A stretch of DNA of 64,000 nt from positions 29,556,384-29,620,383 of the forward strand of contig NC_072740.1 of NCBI RefSeq assembly GCF_026930045.1, written 5' to 3'. How positions within the stretch are numbered: position 1 is the first letter of the stretch; each line of letters begins with the position of its first letter. The notes under the pieces were generated by a model. That model was not told the origin of the DNA. It did not search any database and worked only from the letters and a program-made list of their open reading frames with translations. The position numbers and the translations under genes were made by a program. Shown in pieces: positions 37,750 through 49,210 of this stretch. The DNA comes from Uloborus diversus. Lineage: Eukaryota.

Positions 37750-38135
37750 CAGAGTGGTGTAGTGGTTAAGGCGCAATCTGCTAACTCTCAAAGGCAGAGG
37801 ATCAAACCTGGCTCCAGTCGGTGGATTTTCAAGATGCAAAAAATCAGCACCATCCATGTCGTATGATTATGCGGCATGTAAAAGATCCCTCGAGTACTCA
37901 TTTGGCATGTAGGCTCTTTTAGCAATTCCTACTGCTGTTTCGCGTTGAATAGTTGCCTCCATCTAGTGGGGAAACTGGGCATCAACATTCTCGTGCCATT
38001 AGCATTCCACCGATAGTGATACTACATGAGAGTGGATGCTATGCCCGGGGGGGGTGGGGGGGATCATACTAGGTCTGCAAAAGGCAGTGCCCTTACTGCA
38101 GCCCCATTAGAAAGAAAGAAAAAAAATGCTGTGTG
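37750..38135 (+). mobile_element. tRNA-derived SINE, family 1, full-length copy, tRNA-Glu/Gly-like head
   Basis: agagtggtgtagtggttaaggcgcaatctgctaactc...aggatcaaacctggctcc has A and B boxes. A G-rich tract at about 38044-38062. Tail ...gcagccccattagaaagaaagaaaaaaaa is shared with the copy at 19665-19945. Confidence 0.6.
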
Positions 38136-40149
38136 GCAGAATTTTATTTTGCTTTTTGCAACAAATTTTCCAAAACCAATTTCTTTCTGCAAGACTATAA
38201 TATTCTTCAGTAATAAATCTATATCTAACTGCCTTACAACAACACAAGTGTTTATAAAAATGTTAACATATAGCTTCATACATCTTAAAACTCAAAGTTA
38301 GAGCAAAATTTTTCTTGATTTTTTTCCTATCAAACTAGAAATGTTCCCTGATTTCCTATCCTCTTACAAATATATTTCTACTTTTCTTTGATACACCTAG
38401 CTTTTATACTATTTCTGACATTACTTAAGTATTGATATTCCAATTTGAACAGCAATAACATGAAATAAGTTTTCTGGCTGCTACTTCGTTAAGAGAAAAA
38501 AATAATGAATGTGATTAATTTTATTCATTTGTGCCCATCCTTTTTTTTACCAAAGAGTTGTACCTCATTCTAAAATGATCTTTGCGGGCCAGTACACAAA
38601 TAAATTTTCAAAATATTGGAAAACTTTATATGTCCAGCAGGAAAAAATTATGAACCAAGAATTGTTGTTATCATGACTTGATACTTATTTAAGCAAAAAC
38701 TTCCTGTTTTGTATGAACCAATTTATGAATATTCACTTCCAAGTTTGTAGCATTGTGACAAATTGTGGTTTTTAATTAGTAACATTGAACAAAACAACTA
38801 GCCAAATACTTCAGCTTTGCAGACCACATTGTTAGCAGGTTTTGCCTTAGACAGAGCCTAAAAACCCGCTTCTAACAAAACAGAGAGGACTCTGAAATAG
38901 CCCTTAGTGAAAAATAAACAAACCTAGAGATGCTTCACCAATTGATGTGGAGTCAATGGATATAAAAGCAATTTGGACTATAACAAACATACGCAACAAA
39001 TTTAAAGTCAACCCTAATATTTTAACATCAATACAAACATTTGACTATTTTGGCTTCAGGACAACCAAACTATTACTAACTTCTTACTGCAAAAAAAACT
39101 AATAACATCTGACTAACATTTTCACTAAGATATTCTAATTCCACTAGAAACAACATGAAACCATATTTTCCAATTCCATGCTGTAAACAACAATGACACA
39201 TGCCCAATTCAACCACTCAACTTATCGACACCTACAGCTTTTGTTTCAGACAAAAATTTCATCAACTATGTTTAACAGTGCAAAAGCATGACTTACGCTT
39301 CACTTACAGGCATCATCAAACAGATCCCTTCTCATCAACCATATTAAACACTCATGATCATTTTCATCAAGCATGATGACTCGATATCTGAACACCAAAC
39401 ACCTCACACTAACCAACACCTACTACTAATGTACCACACTTCAGTCATGTGTGTGTTACTCATTGGTCAGCTTGAAACTCCCACTTGAACTATAATGCAT
39501 AGCAATAAGCTATGTTGGCACCACTCGCTAAATGTCTCACAGAGCATGCGTCATGCAAGCACCAACTAGTGGCAAATTCAACTAGTATGGCTCAAATCTG
39601 CACAAGAGTAGCTTAGTACAATTTAAGATAAAACTAGGGTCAAAACGTAAGTACTTTTCCTTTTTATATGTGACAGTTACCTTATTTTGCTTTCTAGCAT
39701 TATACTCAGGCTTTTGTAAGCAGTGAGAACTAAATAAAGGATATTAACACTAACACATATATGACCCATAGGCCATAGGTTGTTCAGCTTTGGTTTAGTT
39801 TACTTAATAACACTGAAAGAGTGTCATTAAAAATGGAATGTTTGTTTACAATAAAAGTCAGATAACTACTAGGGAGCTCTGCTGTCTGATCATTTCGCTC
39901 ACAATCCTCTATTCGCCACCTGCAATAAATGACAATTGATAACTTTAATGATTTACCCTTGGCTATCCTCAGGACTGGACCCCTTATCTCCAACCCCTTT
40001 AGGTGAATGGCTTCCCCTGGATGTTCTGTATCAACAGTACTAGTATTGATCTGATAGACATTTCCAGATTGGAGGAGATATTGTAACAGACACTCAGACG
40101 CACACACAGACAGACATTAACAGGTTTTAATAGTATAGATTGCTCTCCT

Positions 40150-40560
40150 TACATCTTACTACCCTAGTAGCACATAACGTACGACGATATCGTAAAATTT
40201 ACCAATACTATATCGCTGCGTCATCGGGTCACGATATAAAACGATGTCTAATCCGACAGAGCGTGCGCTATCGTAACAATATCGTATTCGATATTACAAC
40301 GATAACGGAAGTGTCATTGTGTCGTCATCGTTTTGCCCATAGTTCCAATATCTCCCTATATCGTTTATGCGTCATTGTAACGATAACGTAAGCGTCATTG
40401 TGTCGTCGTCATTTTGCCCATAGTTCCGATATCTCCCTATATCGTTTATGCGTCATTGTAACGATAACGTAAGCGTCATTGTGACGATATCGTAAGTGAC
40501 ATCGTGCTGTCATCATTTGGTTGACTATTCTGATATCACCCCTATTTCGCTTTATATGTT
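40150..40560. mobile_element. CpG-rich non-autonomous repeat, family with cgatatcg and acgataacg motifs, copy 1, with an internal roughly 75-bp tandem duplication
   Basis: acgacgatatcgtaaaatttaccaatactatatcgctgcgtcatcgggtcacgatataaaacgatgtctaatccgacagagcgtgcgctatcgtaac... A near-identical block is at 46725. gcgtcattgtaacgataacgtaagcgtcattgtg appears twice. Confidence 0.65.
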
Positions 40561-43500
40561 GACATCGCCAGCTGTAATTAAGATCATCTTTTTTTACAAA
40601 GAAATAATAAAAATCAGGTTTGCTCCCCCCCCCCCCCCTCATCTCAACTCTCTTTCCTTTTTTTTTTTAATTTTTTCACTTTTTCGTAATTTCATTGATT
40701 TTTTTAAATTATTTATTTGATAATTTATTTATTTTAATTATTGTTGCTATTATTATTTTGATAGAAAAGATCTGTGCTATGCCAGTGACACACACACAAG
40801 CTAAATAAATAAATAAATTGAAGTAAATTAATAATTGAAACAAAAAATAAATAAATAAATTTTTAAAAAATGAATGCTGCCTCCCCCCCCCCCCCCCTTG
40901 CTTTTTTTTTTTTTTGTTGTTTTTTGATGCCGCAACTTGCGCCATAATCTTCCCCTGTGGGTACCTTTGATAAAAATTAATTGATAAATAGTTTAATCAA
41001 GCTTTGTTTAGTTTTAAATAGGGTTGCGGAGTCGGAGCCGTATTGATTTTGGGGTGAAGGAGAAGGAATTGAACGTTTGAAATTTCAAGAGTTGGAATGA
41101 GTCATTTTCTCCCAAAGTTTGTAATGCTGCCTGTGCTTGCGGAGTCAGAGTTTGAATCAGTCTGATTTTAAAGTAGAGTAATCAGAGAGTTGGTCATTTT
41201 TCCTCCCACTTCGCAGCTCTGGTTTTAAAGAACTATTTTTAAAAAATATTTAAACGTTAATTATAAGATTAGAAATTATTCTGATATAATTATACATGCG
41301 TAATAAAGACTGCAATGTTAAACAAAGTAGAAAAATACGAATATTAATAACAAATTAACGTAAAAGATTTCAAATAGGTTAGATAATGCAATATTTTTTA
41401 TTGAGAAGTCACAATTGTTTGTGGTTTTCTTGAACGTTGAAGTTGAAAGACATTCTTTCCTGTTTGAACACCCCCCCCCCCAGAATCCACAGACTGGTGC
41501 TCCTCCTGGGCTGTGGCATCCATGTCACCTGACCTGGAATAGATTTCATTTATGCCGGACCCACTTGACTTTATACAATCCTTTGTAGACATCCGGAACC
41601 CTGCGCACAGCATCTGGCATCCAGTTCCCTGCATTAATTTGAATTTTGACATCTTGAATTCAAATTAAGTTCTTATTAAATTATAATTACAATAGGAGGC
41701 ATTTGTAAAAACAAGAATCCCAAAGAGTATGATCCTATCATAACTTGTGGCTGCGAAAAACATAATTTGAATTCAAGATGCCGAAACTCACATGTGTGCC
41801 AGGGATTGTACTCTAAATGTTGTGAGCTAAACATTAAATCTTTTTTTTTTCTTTCCTTTTTTCTAAAAAAAATAAGGTAACTTTTTTAACATGAACTAAC
41901 AAAAACCTCTGAGGACCAGTCAAATTTTTCTGTGAACCAGTTTTTGGTCCTTGGGACCATTGGTTGAGAATTGCTGATCTGCATAGTAAAATGAACACTT
42001 ACTTCACAAAATTTCTTTACTTTACCTGATGCACTAGTCAACAGCAATAGCTATTCTTTGGGGTTATTCAATAGCAACCAGCAAGGTCATTAAAATGACA
42101 AAATAAAATTTTACCTATCAAAATCACTCAGCTAGTGTTGAAATTAATTTTCAAAACTGCTGAAAACATACTTTTTTCATTTTAAAAATATTTGACTTGC
42201 TCAAAATGCATGTTATTGCATTCAAACTTATGCATTCAAACTACATGCATCATCTCCCCCCAGATAGTCAAACTTTGGCCAAGAGCTGAGTATTAAGGGA
42301 CGGATACAAGGAGAGGATCATGGAGTCACTACCCAACTAAACATCCACAATCGCATGCAATTGTCATTTCAACCAATGCCTTTCGATTTTTTTTTTCCAA
42401 ATTTTACAGCTAACATAACTCATTTATGGTTGGTAAATTTCAAAAATGCAAACAGGATAATTTGAAAGACTGAGATTTCTACAGATTAATCATACACCAG
42501 TCACCATTAGCAAACATGGATAAACTTACACCGACAGGAATTGAAACCATGGCCATCCAGCCAGCACGGATCTGTAAATTGTAAGCGGCCCTCTTCAAAA
42601 ATTTTGCATTGTCCCAGCGGCTCACTGGATTGCCCCCCCCCCCCCCCAAACGATGAATTTTTAACCAAGTGATAGTTGCTTGTTTCTACCTGTTTCAATA
42701 TTTCTTCTCAAATTTTGGATTTATTTGTTCAAGTGTTTTTATTTCATTTTATTCTTATATTATAGTTTATTGATTTTTAACTTACCTGTTTAAGCGTATC
42801 GAGGTAGTTACGTGGGTTTTTTAATGTTGATTTTGTTAAACTCATTTCGTTTATAAGTTATGTCAGCAAAGAAACAAGTTTCCCATAATTTTACAGCTCT
42901 CCGAGATTTAACCAATCTTTTAATTTCAATCCAAGTTTAAGAACCTCAAAACTGTTTCGGTTTTGAAAGAATTTTTACATTACACGGAATCAGCTTAACG
43001 TAGTACAGGGTAGGGCTTTCATTCTATAAATCTTTCAAGTTAGGCTTACATTTTTGCCCGCTTTATAGGTTTTCTCCCAATTCGTAATTTAATCATGAGT
43101 CAAACTGAACAATGCTTCATACACTCAATGGTGAGATAAATTTACTTCACCTTTCGTTAGTTGGCATTCTCAGCTTCAATGCCATTACATCTGCCTCCAG
43201 CTTGGTTATTCACTATTTTAGACTGATGAGTTCTAATAAGAGCGGAACTGCAGTCCCTGGATGTGATAACCGCAGGCTCCGATCTGCATACCCCTGGAGT
43301 GGGGGGGGGGAGGGGGCACGTCCTTAAGAGGTTTTAAAAAAAACATGAGCACTACAACTTATTAACGTTGCAAATTTACACTGTTGGCCTTTGAGGGGCG
43401 GGCATACAGATTTTGTTGTAGGAGGGCCCAAAATTTATAGTTACAGGCCTCGATAACCGTGCTGTATTTCATGTATTTCTGCCTTAGCCCTAGCTTAGGA

Positions 43501-45276
43501 GTGGTAACTTACTGCTAAATCACTCTATATTTGTTATTGTAGCCCTGATTAAGACCACTTAAGGAATTTCGCAAAACAGTTTTAACTCAGGAGTGCCCAG
43601 CCCCCCTTAAAAATCACGAAGACCCCCCAAAAACCAAGAACCTCCCTAAAAAGGTAAAAAATACCCCCTAAAAACTTTTTGGACGCAGTCGGCACCATGA
43701 TCCTCCCCCCCCCCCCTCAGGTGGTCATCCCTATTTAACTAAAGTTAAATCTGTTTTAACCCTAATTTTAGTTTACGGCAAAATTTAACCAAGAGCCAAA
43801 AAATTGAAATATGATAGCCTTCCTCTATTTCAAGAGCAAAAAAATCAGAATACTATACTACAGTCGACTCTCGATAACTTGAAGGCTTATAACTTAAACA
43901 TTGGTTCATTTCGAAGTTTCCATTTGGTCCCAAAATAATTAAGTTTTTCTTGATACCAAGTTGTTTCTATGTCTCAAATGTACCCCTGCGACTGCACTAT
44001 AGTCTTTTCTTGTAATGGCAGCAAGAAAAAACAATAAGAATAGACGAAATGTTTTGATGGAAAATTCAAGTTTTTTCTCGCCCGTTGAGGGCGGAAAATA
44101 TTGTTTTACATTTTTACGTCAATAATTGTTCTTACTAATTTCAAATTTATTTAAAAAATTTCTCAACAAAAATATTTGAAAGCTGATCACTATTATTCAA
44201 TTACCCAGGAAAATTATTTGATTAAGCTGGAGTCTTTAATCAGGCCGGATTACACAATAGGCGACCCTAAGCCCTGGGCTAAAAGTGCAAGCCGAAAAGG
44301 GCACACGTCACGGGAAAAAAAATTAATAGCTTGTTGAAAAAAAAAAAAAAAAAAAAACTGGCATGCTATTATGAAGAAGCAAAATTCAACTTTATAGATA
44401 TGCAACCAGATATTTAGACAGAAAAAAAGCTATTTGAGGAGAACTGAGGGGGTGTATGCTTGAGTCGAGGTCCTTTTCCAGTAAAAGCAGATAATTTTCA
44501 ATATCTTTGATTTGAACAATAATTTCTTCAAAGTATAGCTTTGCTCAGGGTTAGACTGGGTCCTCTCGAAGAGCTCACAGATTCAAAGGCACAAAGAAAA
44601 AGAAAAAAAAAATGTTGCACAGGTTCAAGAGAGAAAAAGTTTGGGGATGTTTCATGACACCTCCACTGGGGCGCCTCTGCAAGACATATCACCTATTTTG
44701 CACAAAATATTTGCCATAGACTGCTTAAATTCTCTACACACACATTAATTGCGTGAAAGTTTCAAATTGATAGCAAATTATATACGCAGTTTTATATATT
44801 TTGTTCATAATTATATCGGTTATCGGAGTTTGCTGCCAACATATTTTTTGGAGCATTTTTATTCAAAATTTCATCACGAAGACCCCAACAAAGTGGATAA
44901 AAATACATGGGATGCCCCAAAATATGTTTTAAATAGAAAAAAAATAAATAAATAAATAAATAAAATGAAGAAAGTAATTTAGAATATGGTAAGGAAGAGA
45001 TACTAGCAGTTATAAATGGTCCTAAGGTAAAAAATGAATGGTGAACAAAAGTGTATCAGGAAATTCAAGAGACATATTTAAATTTAAGTAAATAAAAAAA
45101 AAATACATAAGATACCCACCTCAGCCCAAAGTATCAATAATTCCTTTTTCAGGGGGAACAAAAATTTGAGATTGAAATTTGAAAATTCCTTTATGGGAAA
45201 ACTAAAAGTTAAATATTTTTGGAAAAGAAAAAGTATGGCAGGATGCTTTACAAAATATTTTTAAAAATAAAAAATA

Positions 45277-45418
45277 CAGTAGGCTCTCTGTTTAACGACT
45301 TTCAAGGGACCACAAAAAATCATCCTTAAGTAGAAAGCGTCCTTAAATAGAATGCTTTTAACATTATAGTGGACTATCTGGGACCGTGAAAAGCCGTCGT
45401 TAAACAGAGAGCCAACTG
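45277..45418. mobile_element. TA-flanked MITE (142 bp) with termini CAGTAGGCTCTCTG...CAGAGAGCCAACTG
   Basis: TIR cagtaggctctctgtttaacgac against gtcgttaaacagagagccaactg. TA at 45275-76 and 45419-20. Confidence 0.65.
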
Positions 45419-46719
45419 TATATATTACGGACAAAGCAAAATACGAGGAAGGAGGCCTTTTCTGAGCCTAACCCCATATGGGTGGGGGGCTGATTTCGAT
45501 ATAGTTCGGATGTGAGGTGGGGCGTCATTTCAAAGTTTGGCCTAGGGTGTATATGGAACTTAATCCAGCCCTGTCTTTAAAACTGCATATATGGGGAAAA
45601 TTTTGGTTTCAGGAGGTTTTATTCATACAATTGGTGTAGTCATTTATCTGTTACCCCATTAAGTGACAGTATCTTAAAAAATTTATTCTGTTCTCTGTAA
45701 AGTTATTTTTATTTAATACATATTAATATTTAATTTATCAAAACTATGCATGTTATAATAGTTTATGTATCGGGCACTATTCTTGAGAAACAAAATAAAA
45801 ATTATACTTGAGAATGATAGGAAAGGAAATTACGGTAACTTGAACTGCTGATTACTGGAAGGTTTTAACCACGTTTTTGGGACTTTGAGTTACTGAGAGT
45901 TCACTGTATATATTGGAATTCTATTTCACTAGCTTTCTTGTCTGTTGTTGCAACCATAATGTAGAATTTCAGGCAGTTCTAGTGCGCACTAAGCCCATCA
46001 TTTAAAATTTTTTCACGGGGAGCGAGGCAATGGACTACACATTGCAAATGTTAGGAAAAAACAGTACAGTAACGCTCAATGCAATAGCATTGGGACAAAT
46101 ATATTTTGATAACAATAATCGAAAAGAATCCAGAAAAAAAAACATTTTTTTCAATTAAGCATGCAATATGCTGTAAATTAAAATTGCAATCAGTCAACTA
46201 AACTGTTTTAAATTACTAAATTAGCAGAAAAGAAAAGCAGTTTTTTCCATCAATTAAACCATTCCACCGGTGCTTTTTGGCCTATTTTTAAAACAAGATC
46301 TTCTGTGTTTTTTTTCCCGCAAGGACAGTGTACTGAGAAATACTAAAAAGAGGGCACAGGGTCTTCTTAAAATGCCAGGGGAGGGGGGGGGGAGGGGACA
46401 TAATAAGAAAATCAAAATTTATTGGGGGAAAAATGTCAAACTAAAATTCATCTTGCTGTATAATATTCAAAATTGCAGCATTTCTAGTAATGAGATGGAT
46501 AATCCAGGAGCAGGCAGAAATTTGAATTAGAAAACAGCGCGAACGCCCTCTGGCTTCTGGAAGAAGCGAAAAATATCGTTGTCATTCCTAAAAAAAAAAA
46601 TGAAAAAATATGAAACCTATTTTCGAACGTAGAATAAGTTATTTTTCGAAATTTCTTGTTTAGAGAGGAGTGACTATCCAATATAAATGGGTACAAGTAA
46701 AAAAAAAAAAAGAAATTAC

Positions 46720-47200
46720 AATGACGTACGACGATATCGTGAAAATAACCAATCCTATATCGCTGCGTCATCGGGTCACGATATAAAATGATGTCTAATC
46801 CGACAGAGCGTGTGCCATTGACAAAATCGTCACGCGTCATTGTAACGATAACGCAAGCGTCATTGTGCAGTTATCGTTTGCGATATCTGCCTATATCGTT
46901 TACGCGTCATTGTAACGATAACGTAAGCGTCATCACGTCGCGATTAGAGAAGTGCGTGAAATTTCAAATATTTGAATTTTTTTTATTAAAACTGAATTAT
47001 TTTTGATTTATTCCATTTTATTCATAAAATAACTGTACAGTTTTGAAATTTGACTATTATAAGCAATTTTGTAAAATGCCGATATCGTGCCGATGACGAG
47101 CTATACAGTAGAAACGATATACGATATCGGGTAGATGAAACGATATACGGCAATGACGTACAGATGACGCTAAGATATCGGGTGCTACTAGGGTATATCT
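46720..47200. mobile_element. CpG-rich cgatatcg-motif repeat family, copy 2
   Basis: acgtacgacgatatcgtgaaaataaccaatcctatatcgctgcgtcatcgggtcacgatataaaatgatgtctaatccgacagagcgtgtgccattg... matches 40150-40300. It continues with inverted cgatatcg-rich sequence to about 47200. Confidence 0.65.
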
Positions 47201-47239
47201 TTGTAGGTAGCCTAACTCTTTTTGGGCTTCAGTTTCATT

Positions 47240-48130
47240 AAATGTTTCAGGAACTTCTCCCAAGCCCCACCATTCCCCCAAACATCACATAAAATAGCTT
47301 AATAAAGGCTTCAATTCCGAAAAATTTACCAGGGGAAACCCCCCAGATTCACCTCTTTTAGATGAACCAAAGATAGCCTAAAATGATGTTTGATACTTCA
47401 GCTTCCAAAAAAATTTCAGGTGAGAACACCTGAGTCCTTTCTCCTATCTTTGTCAAAATGGCCTAAATTTGTGTTTCAAAGACTCCAGTTTCAGAATTTC
47501 TTCTAGGAAGATCCCCCCTCCCCACCTTTTCAACGTCAATGACAGACCAAAAGTTTTGAAAACTTCAACTTCAAAGTATTTTTGAGGGATCAACCCCCGC
47601 TCCCTTCTCCTAGGTTCACTAAAAATTGCCTAAATCTGCATTTTTATGACTGCAGTTTCAGAAATTTTTGTATGAAGAGCACACCTCCCCCTTTTTTCAT
47701 CGCAAAGACAGCCTAAAAGTCCTGCAAAAAATTTTCAAAGGGAGCCCCTTAATCCACTCACCCTTATGTCACCCAAATATATCTTGAAACAGCACATTTG
47801 ACACCCTAGTTTTGAAAATTTTTGGAGAGTGAGCACCTAAATCCCTTTTTCGGAGTTCACCATAGATGGCATAAATTTTCATTTTTAAAACTCCCATTTT
47901 AGGAAATTTAAGCCTTAAAGGAAAAGGACCTCAATTTCAAAATATTTTTGAAAGAGAGCCCCCAAACTATCTCTCCCTTTAACTCACTTGAAGATAGCCT
48001 TAATACTTCAACTTCAAAATATTTCTTGGGGGTGAACTCTCCCAACCAATTCCCTTACATTCACCAAAGATGACCTAAATTTACCCTTTTAAGTCTCCAG
48101 TTTCAAAAAATTTTCTGGAAAGAGATCATC
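47240..48130. repeat. Degenerate tandem array, unit about 115-120 bp, 7-8 copies
   Basis: A recurring unit of the form ...ttcaaag/actccagtttcagaa[at]tt.....gaaga[gt]c.cccc.cccc.......tca.caaagacagcctaaaag[tc]..tg.aaaa.ttcaa... seen about every 115 bp. Confidence 0.6.
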
Positions 48131-49100
48131 CTACTGTCCACTGTTACATACATCATCAAAGACAGTTTAGAAGTTTAAAGAATTTGATTTTGCCATTTTT
48201 TTAAATTCTCAGTAGCCTTTTTATCTTTGCAAAAGTGAAAGCTAAAAGGCAAAGATATAAGGCAATCTTAAAGGACCATGCTAAGGTTAGGGTGAGGCGA
48301 AATATTTTGACAGATGATATGCATACAACATTGCATAAATGATAGATGTGCAGATCAATATAAAATAAAAAAATGGACTTAAGGAAATTTGCGAAAGAAA
48401 TTCCTAAAATTTAAAAAAAAATCAAAATACATTAAATAATACTAAAATTTTGATTGATTGAAAAAAGAAGTGCTTTTAAAAGAAATTTATGAAATATGTA
48501 TTGTAATTGTGTGCATAAACAATAAATACAGAAACTGGAAAAAAAAAAAAGAATCAAAGTGCTTCCTCACATGTTTTGAGGAAGAAGTAGAACTGATGGA
48601 CACACATATAAGTAACCATCTCACAACCTCCTACTTTCTAAAGAAAATTGCATTAGCTCAGTAAATATTTTTAAAAATTTCTGTTGTTATAATTAATGTA
48701 AAATGATATCCTTTCATTGTAGAAAATTTCATTTATTTATTGTTTATGAAATTATTCAGCATATTTTTTGTTCTGGGTATATTTAAAGTAATTTTATTCA
48801 AATAAATTTCTGTTAATTAAATTAATTGGTAAAAATTAGCCAATTATAGACAGTCAACAAAGTGGCCAACTACCACCGATTACTGATTACTGCCTATTAA
48901 TCTGTGCATCCCTAATTCATACCACCATCATAATCATACAATTTCAGTTTTATTCCAGTACAACTTTGTTGGACTGGAATGCCTTCTTGCTGCATTTTTT
49001 CCTACCTGGAGCATTTGTTTGCTGCTACACATTTTATGTGTTTTTTTATTTTGTTCTATTTAAGTAGTCTGTTTCTGTGATATATTTTCTTGAATTGCAG

Positions 49101-49210
49101 ACACAGGTGTTTTACCCTCATTGGAACAGAGTTTGAAAAAGCTGTAAGAAAGTTCTACATGAATAAAAACTATGACACTTATTCAGATACATTACACTCT
49201 GTTTTAGCTG
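49101..49210 (+). CDS. NWD1: NWD1-like exon: (R)HRCFTLIGTEFEKAVRKFYMNKNYDTYSDTLHSVLA(A)
   Basis: ttgcAG acceptor at 49099-100; GTATGT donor at 49211. Phase consistent. Confidence 0.65.

Noticed and set aside
39784-40107. 107-aa minus ORF (MCASECLLQYLLQSGNVYQINTSTVDTEHPGEAIHLKGLEIRGPVLRIAKGK...)
   Set aside because: No recognisable motif and no splice or transcript context. It sits between the G-depleted segment and the CpG-rich repeat. Probably chance or repeat-derived, but it could be checked by TBLASTN.
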